A stretch of DNA of 64,000 nucleotides, taken from a virus. Every line of letters starts with the position of its first letter. Position 1 is the first letter of the stretch. The notes beneath the pieces are model-generated. The model was not told the DNA's origin, made no database searches, and was given only the letters and a program-made list of their open reading frames with translations. Position numbers and translations under genes: made by a program. Shown one piece after another: positions 56,363-64,000 of this stretch. The DNA lies in the IMG/VR virus record IMGVR_UViG_3300036818_000070, positions 16,166 through 80,165 of that record. One strand, written 5' to 3'.

Positions 56363-56850
56363 TGCACGAGGCGGCCAGCGGCGGCGTCCCCCAGGGCGCC
56401 CTGGAGCGCAGCATCGCGGACATGCTGATCGGAACGCAGCGCGCGCTGCGGAAGCGGGAGCGCGCACTGGAGTCGATTAGTGGCGGCGAGTTTGACCAGC
56501 AGGTCCAGCTTCCGGTATCCGGCGTCGCGGCTACGACATGGGGGCACGCTGATTCGCCCGTGTCGTGGGAGCACCCGTTCATCTTCTCGCCGTTACAGCG
56601 AAACCCACAATTCCCGACGCCGCAAGTTACGCACCACTTTGAGTTCACGCGTACACCCAGCGACCTTGTGCTCGTGACCGCGAACATCATCGGCTGGAAC
56701 GAGAACCAGTCGGGCTGGCTGATCGGCGCCAAGGTCCGCGTCGCGAGCTGCGCGCCGAACTCGACCGGCAACATCCCGTTTACCGGCATCTTGCACCTGA
56801 CCTTCGAGGGCTATGCCTTCCCAACCGACAGCGGAGCAGAAGACCTATGA
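56362..56850 (+). CDS. Minor tail protein
   Basis: TGATG overlap; synteny. Confidence 0.6.
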   Translation: MHEAASGGVPQGALERSIADMLIGTQRALRKRERALESISGGEFDQQVQLPVSGVAATTWGHADSPVSWEHPFIFSPLQRNPQFPTPQVTHHFEFTRTPSDLVLVTANIIGWNENQSGWLIGAKVRVASCAPNSTGNIPFTGILHLTFEGYAFPTDSGAEDL

Positions 56851-58322
56851 CCGCATCGCAAACCGAGTTCGCAGGACTCGAAGTCCTCGGCCCCGGCGAC
56901 CCACTGTCAAGCGATGGCTGGGCCTTCCAGTACAAGAACCCGCTGATAATCGCGGCGCTGCTGAAGGTCGGCGCCGTCACCCACCGCCACGATGCCCACA
57001 GCGCAATGGCCGACCCCACGGTCGCGCCCACTGTGACCACTGACGACACGGGCGGCAGCATCCCGTCCGGCACCGATGTGTATGTCACCTACACGCTGCT
57101 GGACCCCGACGGCGGCGAGTCCGCACCCGTGGACGCCACACAGGTAACCACGGGCGGTGCATACGCCGACCCAACCGGCGCCCCAACGGCAGCGCTCGAC
57201 CTCTCCGCCGGGACGCTACTTGCCGACACCTATCTCTACGCACTGACCGTCACCGACGGGCTCGGCGGGGAGACGGCGCTCGGCCCGATCACCTCGGTCC
57301 AGGTTCCGGCGTCGGCGAACGCCCAGATCAACTTCTCGGGCCTCACTGACATCACCAACACGTCAAGTGACAGCGATACGAGCGCGGGCTGGAGACTCTG
57401 GCGATCGACCGACGGTGGCAACACCTTCGACCTGATGAGCACGGGCGTCTACTCACAGGACACCTACACCGACGATGGAAGCTCGCCCGGCGACTGCTCC
57501 GTGGCGCCACCCTCCACCGGGACCACCGGAGGCACGAGCAGCGTCTCGATCACGGTTCCGACTGGACAGCCGGACGAGGCGCAGTTCATCAACGTCTACA
57601 TCGACAGCGAGGGCCTATTCGCCACCCCGGCACTGCTCGGCACCTACCCGAGTACGGACGCCGGGACGGCACTCACCTGCACCGACCTCACGGCGGTCCA
57701 GGCGGGCTCGCCGCCGGAGGCCAGCAACTGCGTCGGCGGCGCCAACCAGATCGACCCCGACACCGACATCATGAACTGGCCGTGGAAGCAGCCGGTCACG
57801 ACAGAGTCGGCGCTCCCCACTAGCGGCAACACCGACGGCGATGCTCGTATCGCCCTGGATACACACACCGCCTACATCTGGGACGCCGGGACAACCGCCT
57901 GGGTCGAGGCGATCGGCGCCACCGGACCAGCAGGACCGACCGGAGCCGACGGACCGACCGGCCCCGCTGGGCCTCCAGCTTCGTCCACCCTGAGCGCGAC
58001 GGAGCAGACGGGCAGCTATACGCTCGCGCTCGATGACGCGGGGACTGTGGTCGAGGTTGATGGCTCGGCAGGGGCCGTGGCCGTCACCATCCCAGCGAAC
58101 GCCGACGTGGCATACCCGGTCGGCACGGTAATCGAACTATGCGACATCGGCACGACCGCCATCGCCGTGACGGCTGCTGCCGGGGTCACGCTAGATCTGC
58201 CACCGGGCAGCTCTGGGACCGGCGGCGTCGCGGGCACCGCAAACTCCGCCGGTCAGTGGGCCACGATCGGCCTGCGCCAGCGCAACACAGACGAGTGGAT
58301 CGTCTCCGGCCGGGTGAGCTGA
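56847..58322 (+). CDS. Tail fibre with FN3-like repeats and short collagen segment
   Basis: YVTYT..DGGES / YALTV.DGLGGET; GATGPAGPTGADGPTGPAGP; YTLALDDAG tip. Confidence 0.75.
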   Translation: MTASQTEFAGLEVLGPGDPLSSDGWAFQYKNPLIIAALLKVGAVTHRHDAHSAMADPTVAPTVTTDDTGGSIPSGTDVYVTYTLLDPDGGESAPVDATQVTTGGAYADPTGAPTAALDLSAGTLLADTYLYALTVTDGLGGETALGPITSVQVPASANAQINFSGLTDITNTSSDSDTSAGWRLWRSTDGGNTFDLMSTGVYSQDTYTDDGSSPGDCSVAPPSTGTTGGTSSVSITVPTGQPDEAQFINVYIDSEGLFATPALLGTYPSTDAGTALTCTDLTAVQAGSPPEASNCVGGANQIDPDTDIMNWPWKQPVTTESALPTSGNTDGDARIALDTHTAYIWDAGTTAWVEAIGATGPAGPTGADGPTGPAGPPASSTLSATEQTGSYTLALDDAGTVVEVDGSAGAVAVTIPANADVAYPVGTVIELCDIGTTAIAVTAAAGVTLDLPPGSSGTGGVAGTANSAGQWATIGLRQRNTDEWIVSGRVS

Positions 58323-58984
58323 TGCCCACGTTCACAACCGTCGGCCATGCGGACGTCGCGGACACTCCGGCCGTGCCGATCACGGCCGACGTTCCGGAAG
58401 GCAGCCTACTGCTGGTGTTCTTCGGTGACGGCTTCGGAAACGGGGAGACCCTCACCGGCGTCACCGACACCCAGGGAAACACATACTCCGTGGACTTCGA
58501 CGGCGAAGGCGACGTGGACGGGGATGGCGTCGTCGCCGTTGCCAGTTCGGTCATCGCACATCCACTGACGGACTCCGACACGGTCACGCCCACATTCGCT
58601 GGGTCCGTGGCGACGGGCTCGGCCGACACTTGGATCATGAGCGTCACGGGCGGCGACTACAGTTCCCCGGCTGCGGGCTCCGGCGCCGCAGGCGTAGACG
58701 ACTCGTCGCCATGCACCGTCGAGTACGCCAGTCAGGGCGGCCTGCTCGTGGGCTTCGCGGCCTTCCAGGGGCACCTTACCGTGGACTCAACCCACGGCTG
58801 GAGCACCGTCATGGACGGCGGAGACGACCAGCCGGGCAGCATCATGACGATCGCCTACCAGAAGCCATCCGCCGGAGGCGTGACGTTCGCTCCATCGGGC
58901 AGCGATGGTTACGGGGCAGCGGCCGTTGTCGAGTACCTGGAGCCCGAGCCCAACTGGATTGCTCGTTCGATGGCGTACCGATGA
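58322..58984 (+). CDS. Tail-associated beta-rich protein
   Basis: VTDTQGNTY motif. Confidence 0.6.
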   Translation: MPTFTTVGHADVADTPAVPITADVPEGSLLLVFFGDGFGNGETLTGVTDTQGNTYSVDFDGEGDVDGDGVVAVASSVIAHPLTDSDTVTPTFAGSVATGSADTWIMSVTGGDYSSPAAGSGAAGVDDSSPCTVEYASQGGLLVGFAAFQGHLTVDSTHGWSTVMDGGDDQPGSIMTIAYQKPSAGGVTFAPSGSDGYGAAAVVEYLEPEPNWIARSMAYR

Positions 58985-59553
58985 CACGCGGGCGCGCAAT
59001 AACAGGAACCACGGGCACCGGGCTCTCGATACCGCTCGGACCCACGCCAGACAACGTCGCCGCGCTCGCGCTGGCCGTGTACGGCAGCAGTTGGTCGATG
59101 GGGTTCGATGACCAGCCTGTCGAGTGGGCACAGTCCACGTTCGTCATCCCTGACAATGCACTGCTCTCGATGGGCACGCTGGCGGGCTGTTCGATTTCCC
59201 AGGTAGGGATGACCGACCCTGGCGACGCCAACTCACTGAACATCAGCTACCGCATGAATGCCAACGACGAGTTCTATTCCGCGTTGAACGATGCGCTGGC
59301 CACCCAGGAGATAGGCGTCGCCGCCGTCGTGTACGCCTGCTCACTAGACGGAGCCAACATCTTCCGCATGACATGCTCCAACCCGTTCCCAGAGGCGGAC
59401 CTCAACGGCGCCGACCTTACCGGGTGGGAAGACTACGTCGCGGGCGATGTCGGCGACCTGTTCAGCACGGACGGCACCGGACTACAGATCGCGTCGGGCT
59501 CGAACATGATCGCCGTGAACTTCAACCTGACTATGTTCATCGACCGAGACTGA
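58981..59553 (+). CDS. Hypothetical (tail-associated?) protein
   Basis: ATGA overlap. Confidence 0.55.
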   Translation: MTRGRAITGTTGTGLSIPLGPTPDNVAALALAVYGSSWSMGFDDQPVEWAQSTFVIPDNALLSMGTLAGCSISQVGMTDPGDANSLNISYRMNANDEFYSALNDALATQEIGVAAVVYACSLDGANIFRMTCSNPFPEADLNGADLTGWEDYVAGDVGDLFSTDGTGLQIASGSNMIAVNFNLTMFIDRD

Positions 59554-59565
59554 GAGTGATGTGAA

Positions 59566-60300
59566 GTGGCTAACCCTGTAGCTCACGCAATGAGCAGCGC
59601 GAAGAAGTACGGCGGGACCTTCCAGGACTACCTTCACATACATGAATGGTTCGATGCCACGAAGGGCTGGCAGCCGGACGCCCGCCACCGCTCTATCCGC
59701 CACCACAGTGAAGGCGTCATACAAGCCACCGAAGTCTTCCCGCCGATCAGGCTGGAGAGCGGCCGACTGGTCCCGGCCCGTCGCATCGCCGAGCAGCACG
59801 TGATGGAGGACCTTGGCGAGATTCCGACGGCGGCCGACTATCTGCGCTGCATGGGTCTCGAAGCGTGGATGCAGCCTCACCCCGAGTCTGACGTCAACAC
59901 GGTCAGCCACGCGACCAGCAGCGCCGAGAAGTTCGGCGGCAGCTACGAGCTGTATCTCCCGGTTCACCAGTGGCTCGATGCGACGCGGGGCTGGCTGCCC
60001 GACGCCCGGCACCGGGCGATCAGGCACCACAGTGAGGGCATCGCGCAAGCCGTCGAGATCTTCAAGCCGATCGAGATACCGGGAGGCAGCCCGGTCTCGG
60101 TCGCGGTCATCGCCGAGCAGCACGTGGCCGAGGACCTCGGGGAGGTCCCCACGGCTGCCGACTACCTGCGCTGCATGCAGGTCGAGCTATGGATGCAGGT
60201 CAATACCCATCGGCGCACGAGCGTCAAGATCGACGGCAAGTGGGTGGCCCCCCCACGCCTCAAGAGCGCGCCCATCGACGCAGGAATTCAGGGCAAATAG
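59566..60300 (+). CDS. Tandem DUF6915-like protein
   Basis: Two ~100-aa copies of HA.SSA.K.GG...RHR.IRHHSEG...AEQHV.EDLG..PT. Confidence 0.75.
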   Translation: MANPVAHAMSSAKKYGGTFQDYLHIHEWFDATKGWQPDARHRSIRHHSEGVIQATEVFPPIRLESGRLVPARRIAEQHVMEDLGEIPTAADYLRCMGLEAWMQPHPESDVNTVSHATSSAEKFGGSYELYLPVHQWLDATRGWLPDARHRAIRHHSEGIAQAVEIFKPIEIPGGSPVSVAVIAEQHVAEDLGEVPTAADYLRCMQVELWMQVNTHRRTSVKIDGKWVAPPRLKSAPIDAGIQGK

Positions 60301-60392
60301 CGGGGAGCCACCGAAGATCACCGATTCGTGTAGTAGTGTCCTACGCCTCGTGTGGAGCGAGAAGGTCCTAATGCTGAAAGGTTCGATCTACA

Positions 60393-61439
60393 TTGCCTCA
60401 GCCGCAAGCGCGGCAGCAGCCCCAGTTGGGGCCGCCGCCCATTCCCGGCGAGACTGTGCAGGAAGGGGCGCGCTGGCGACACCACGCGCCGACGACTGCG
60501 CAGGTCGCCGAGTGGTTCAAGTCGGTCCCGCTCGATAAAGAGTTCGCCGACGCCCACGACCGCTTCATCAGCGGCGTAGTCATCATCCCGCAGTCGGGCA
60601 AGGTCAAGTACGCCACCGCCAACGGCACAACCGAGCGGTACGAGATGACCTTCACGCCCTACATGCAGATCGGCACCCGGCTGGCCTATGCGCACCAGCT
60701 CGCCGACGAGCGAGAGTTGGTGCTGCGCATCGCACCGCTGCCAGTTCCGCGCCTCGACAAGCAGGAGTCGCCGTACCACAACGCCAACCTCGGCGAGGGT
60801 CTCTGGTGGCATGTCGTCAAAGACGGCGAGGGCAACATCGTCCGCTATCTCTGCGCCACCCAGGCGGTGCAGTTCTACGAGCGCGACGAGTACTACAGGG
60901 CCGAGCGCCACCCGGACACGAAGGCCGTCGTCTGGGAGAGCATCATGCCGCTGCTCGAAGGCCAGGGCACCAAGCAGGTCTCCGGCGGCACCGACATGAA
61001 CGCCGTGATGAAGGCCCAGACCGGCGCCATCGGCCGCGCGCTCGGCGTCGCGGGCATCTTGGTGCTCGGCACGGGTATCGCGACCGCGGAGGACATGCAG
61101 GAGTTCAGCGGGCAGGCCGCCGCCGCGCCTGAGCTGCCAAGCGTCGCGGCGGCGCCGACAGAGATCGCCGCCGGGACCGCGCCCGAGCCGCCCGAGGAGC
61201 GCGAGGAGCGCCTCACACACTTCCGCGCGCGGGCGATGGCGGCCGAGACCCGACTCCACGAGCTGGGCGCCGCTGGCACCTGGAATTCGTGGTGGGATTC
61301 ACGCGCCGGAATCGAGGGCTGGCAGGGACTCGGAGACGTGCCGCTCGAAGCGCTGGAGGGCATCGTGGTGCGGCTGGATCAGGCCGTCAGCAATGCCGAG
61401 GCCCAGGGTCCGGCGGTCGAGGCCGCCCCGGTCCAATGA
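60393..61439 (+). CDS. Rad52/Sak-like single-strand annealing protein
   Basis: PYMQIGTRL...KAQTGAIGRALGVAGI...IATAEDM. Confidence 0.5.
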   Translation: MPQPQARQQPQLGPPPIPGETVQEGARWRHHAPTTAQVAEWFKSVPLDKEFADAHDRFISGVVIIPQSGKVKYATANGTTERYEMTFTPYMQIGTRLAYAHQLADERELVLRIAPLPVPRLDKQESPYHNANLGEGLWWHVVKDGEGNIVRYLCATQAVQFYERDEYYRAERHPDTKAVVWESIMPLLEGQGTKQVSGGTDMNAVMKAQTGAIGRALGVAGILVLGTGIATAEDMQEFSGQAAAAPELPSVAAAPTEIAAGTAPEPPEEREERLTHFRARAMAAETRLHELGAAGTWNSWWDSRAGIEGWQGLGDVPLEALEGIVVRLDQAVSNAEAQGPAVEAAPVQ

Positions 61440-61735
61440 GCGCGACCGTGGTCAGCATCAACCAGCGCAAGCTGCTCACCAAGCGGGAACTGGCCGACTA
61501 CCTCAAGCGCAGCGAGCGATGGATTGAGCTGCACCAGAAGGAGGACGGCCTGCCTGTCGCAGAGCGCGACAGATTCGGACACAACCTCTATAGCCTTGAC
61601 GAGGTCAAGGTGTGGCTCAAAAGCCCCAAGAAGCCGAGCACGGCCGAGCAGGTCGAGCAGCTTCAGCGGGAAGTGCAAGAGCTGCGCGAGTTCGTAATCG
61701 GGAGACTAGGCAGTGACGATCGTTCGCAGGGGTGA
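61436..61735 (+). CDS. xis: Excisionase-like HTH protein
   Basis: LLTKRELADYLKRSERWI...GLP...YSLDEVKVWL; next to integrase. Confidence 0.7.
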   Translation: MSATVVSINQRKLLTKRELADYLKRSERWIELHQKEDGLPVAERDRFGHNLYSLDEVKVWLKSPKKPSTAEQVEQLQREVQELREFVIGRLGSDDRSQG

Positions 61736-62765
61736 TAAGTACGGCGCTCGGGTCTATGACCGGAGCGCCGGGAAGCAGCGCTGGCTGGGCACGTTCGACA
61801 CGGTGGAACTGGCGGAAGCCGCCGAGGCCGACGCCACCCTCACGGGAGTGCCGACCGTCGCTCAATGGGGGCGCGTGTGGCTATCTGACTACGCGCGTCC
61901 CGCCGCGGCCACGAGAATGAATCACCGCAGCGCCGTGGCCCGCATCACCAAGGACCTCGGCTCGCGGGCGCTGGACGACATCGGGCGTCGCGAGGCGCGT
62001 CAGCTCGCGCAGGGCTGGCCGGAGGGCACCTACCGCGTCGCCCGCGCGATGTGGGGCGACGCGGTGCGCGACGACATCGTCACGATCAACCCGTGGACCG
62101 AGCTGCGGATGCCGCAGCCGCGCGGACGCAAAGACCTCGACGCGCTCACCGAGCAGGAGGTACTGGGGCTCGGCGCCATCGCGATGCGCGTCCACGGCAA
62201 TGGATACGGCATCGAGGCGGCGGCGATCGTACTCACGCTCGGCTTCGTCGGCGTGCGACCCGGTGAACTGTGCGCGCTGCGCCACGAGGACCTACTGCTC
62301 GACGCCGCCGAGCTGATCGTGTGCGGCAGCATCGACGCTACGGGCAAACTCAAGTCGCCCAAAAACGGGAAAGAGCGCGTCGTCACGGTCCCGCCGTCGG
62401 CCGCGAACGCGCTGGCGCAGATACCTGACTCACTCGACGGACTGCTCTTTCACACGTCGCGTGGCCTGGCGCTCAACAAGGGCAACTTGAACTACGTCTG
62501 GCGGCCCATCGCCAACGGCTGGCATGCGCAGGGCGGTCGGAAGATCACGATGTACGACCTGCGGCACGCCGCCGCCACACACTTCATCGAGCGCGGCGTC
62601 ATCTCCAGTGACGTCGCCATCCAGCTCGGACACACCGACGGCGGCCGACTCGTGGAGCAGCTTTACGGACACCCGAAGCAGCAGCCAGCGCGCGACCGCC
62701 TGAAGATGGCCTACGCGACCGGCGCTCCGGCGCGCGAGCGACAGTTGAAGGGGTACAGCTCGTGA
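61713..62765 (+). CDS. int: Tyrosine integrase
   Basis: GVRPGELCAL (R), PKNG (K), YDLRH, LGH, LYGH (Y). Confidence 0.92.
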   Translation: MTIVRRGDKYGARVYDRSAGKQRWLGTFDTVELAEAAEADATLTGVPTVAQWGRVWLSDYARPAAATRMNHRSAVARITKDLGSRALDDIGRREARQLAQGWPEGTYRVARAMWGDAVRDDIVTINPWTELRMPQPRGRKDLDALTEQEVLGLGAIAMRVHGNGYGIEAAAIVLTLGFVGVRPGELCALRHEDLLLDAAELIVCGSIDATGKLKSPKNGKERVVTVPPSAANALAQIPDSLDGLLFHTSRGLALNKGNLNYVWRPIANGWHAQGGRKITMYDLRHAAATHFIERGVISSDVAIQLGHTDGGRLVEQLYGHPKQQPARDRLKMAYATGAPARERQLKGYSS

Positions 62766-63064
62766 GTTCTAGCATCGGCGAACTGACGGCGAAGCGAGCA
62801 CGTCTTGACGCCGAAATTGAGGAGTTGCTCGCTAGCTACACGGACGAGGTCAACGAGCGCTTCGGCCGGAACCTGAAGTGGGCGCGCGCACGTCGCGGCC
62901 TCAGCCAAGGGGCGCTCGCCGCACAGATCGGCCTGACGCGCACCAGCGTCACGAACATCGAGGCTGGGCGTCAGGCTCCTTCGTGGGCTACGGCCGTGCT
63001 GATCGCGCAAGTGCTCGACCTGGCAATCGGGGTGTTCTGCGCCGAACCACCAGAGGAGGGTTGA
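62762..63064 (+). CDS. XRE-family HTH regulator
   Basis: RGLSQGALAAQIGLTRTSVTNIEAG. Confidence 0.85.
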   Translation: MSSSIGELTAKRARLDAEIEELLASYTDEVNERFGRNLKWARARRGLSQGALAAQIGLTRTSVTNIEAGRQAPSWATAVLIAQVLDLAIGVFCAEPPEEG

Positions 63065-63122
63065 TGCCTTCGCATGACACGAACGACGCGCTCTGCGGCG
63101 GCACGGGAAAGGACCCGAACCC

Positions 63123-63605
63123 ATGAACTTCCCAGAGCGCTTCAAGCGACACAACCAGATCATCAAGGTAGACCCGGTGTCCTTCGCCTTTGATGGCGGC
63201 AAGATCATCCCTGGTGGCACTCCTGAGTACGAGGAGGCCAAGGCTAAGTTCGAGGCGGCGCAGACGCCAGGTGCAACCGATGCGGGACGAGGCTGTGATG
63301 CACGGGAACTCAGGGCCTACGTTCCGCTGGCCGAGGACGGTCCCGGCGGCCCGATCGGCGTCTATATCTGCCCGCTCTGTGGGCAGGCCCTCGGCGCCGC
63401 TGACGAGCGCTGCAACAGCGGCATCCACGAGGGGCCGGACAGCGACTACGAGAAGCGGCCGACCGCCGTCCTCTCGACGCAGTTCGTCGCCGAGCTGAGG
63501 GGCGCGACACACCTCGTCGCCGAACTGAGGGGCATTGAAAGTATCCGATCGGACGTGTTGAATAGTGCGAACAGGGATGAAGACAGTCGCGAGCCCGGCT
63601 CGTAA
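63123..63605 (+). CDS. Hypothetical protein
   Basis: CPLCG; coupled via a 20-codon mini-ORF at 63064-63126. Confidence 0.5.
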   Translation: MNFPERFKRHNQIIKVDPVSFAFDGGKIIPGGTPEYEEAKAKFEAAQTPGATDAGRGCDARELRAYVPLAEDGPGGPIGVYICPLCGQALGAADERCNSGIHEGPDSDYEKRPTAVLSTQFVAELRGATHLVAELRGIESIRSDVLNSANRDEDSREPGS

Positions 63606-63616
63606 CTGTCCACCAA

Positions 63617-63626
63617 GGAGTCTGGC
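63617..63626 (+). promoter_or_regulatory. Start-associated motif, copy 8
   Basis: AAGGAGTCTGGCGACT, identical 16-mer to copy 6. Confidence 0.7.
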
Positions 63627-63697
63627 GACTTGTCTGCTACCGAAGCTTCGGTAACAACGCAGAGCACAAATGTGCCGAATAGCAGGAATTTGCGGGG

Positions 63698-63719
63698 CGG
63701 CTTACTAAGCCGTCTCCAC
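63698..63719 (+). other. Putative attR with displaced tmRNA/tRNA 3' end (GCCGTCTCCAC)
   Basis: Resembles tmRNA 3' acceptor strand CGTCTCC-A; overlaps palindrome CGGCTTA-C-TAAGCCG; followed by terminator. Confidence 0.5.
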
Positions 63720-63726
63720 TGGTTTC

Positions 63727-63761
63727 AACGGTCCGCGACACAGTCGCGGACCGTTTGCGTT
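63727..63761 (+). terminator. Intrinsic terminator (probably host)
   Basis: 13-bp perfect stem AACGGTCCGCGAC/GTCGCGGACCGTT. Confidence 0.75.
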
Positions 63762-63859
63762 CAGGGGGACGTTCGGATGTACATGCCGCTGTCCTCAGCG
63801 GACCTTCCGATTCGTCGTGTGGGTATAAGTGGCGGATCCGGACGGAGGAGGCGATGGAG

Positions 63860-64000
63860 ATGAGGTTCGTGGCGTTTGTCGGCACGGAGGGCGGGATGCC
63901 CACCGAGGCTGTCGAGGAGATGAATCGCGACTGGCCGGCGTACGCGCAGATGCTCGAGCGCCGCGGAGGTCTGCGGCTGGGCCGAGAGCTCAGGCTCCCC
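63860..64000 (+). CDS. Host YciI-like protein, 5' partial
   Basis: GGAGGAGG RBS; MRFVAFVG...WPAYAQMLERRGGLRLGRELRLP. Confidence 0.6.
   Translation, partial: MRFVAFVGTEGGMPTEAVEEMNRDWPAYAQMLERRGGLRLGRELRLP

Larger units (their letters stand above)
1..63719. mobile_element. Temperate siphovirus prophage (left end beyond window)
   Basis: Terminase-portal-protease-capsid-tail-tape measure module, lysis genes, xis/tyrosine integrase, putative attR then a host-like gene. Confidence 0.93.

Noticed and set aside
59566-60300. Duplicated segment as a DGR template/variable repeat pair
   Set aside because: Differences are not adenine-specific, both copies are in one ORF, and there is no reverse transcriptase
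25-63903. Numerous long antisense or alternate-frame ORFs (e.g. 4351-5499, 9090-10133, 50201-51298)
   Set aside because: Shadow ORFs typical of high-GC DNA; R/P/S-rich and overlapping better-supported genes
1-64000. CRISPR array, diversity-generating retroelement, retron or IS
   Set aside because: No regularly spaced repeat-spacer array, no reverse transcriptase motif and no transposase seen

Overview
High-GC, actinobacterial-looking window. Almost all of it (1 to about 63,720) is the right-hand part of a large temperate siphovirus prophage whose left end lies outside the window. Only the last ~280 bp look like host DNA: a terminator and the start of a YciI-like gene. Layout: (i) a leftward accessory arm (1-10.8 kb) with acidic/ArdA-like proteins, a MoxR AAA + VWA + unknown-protein module and a lone RuvB; (ii) a divergence zone (10.1-13.4 kb) with a divergent ECF-sigma-like gene and long, strongly base-paired non-coding stretches; (iii) a rightward run of small genes and a lysis cassette (13.4-28 kb); (iv) packaging, head, neck and tail genes (28-59.5 kb); (v) a tandem DUF6915-like gene, a Rad52/Sak-like gene, xis, a tyrosine integrase, an XRE gene and a probable attR resembling a tmRNA 3' end. 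The most interesting signals are non-coding. They are an 8-copy start-associated motif GGAGTCTGGC, a 6-copy putative late-promoter motif CGGCGTA(G/T)ATTAG, a promoter/terminator-bounded ~90-nt sRNA with anti-Shine-Dalgarno tracts, a tRNA-like RNA just after terL, and a nested structured RNA at ~13.1-13.3 kb. All product calls come from motifs recognised by eye and from gene order; no searches were run.
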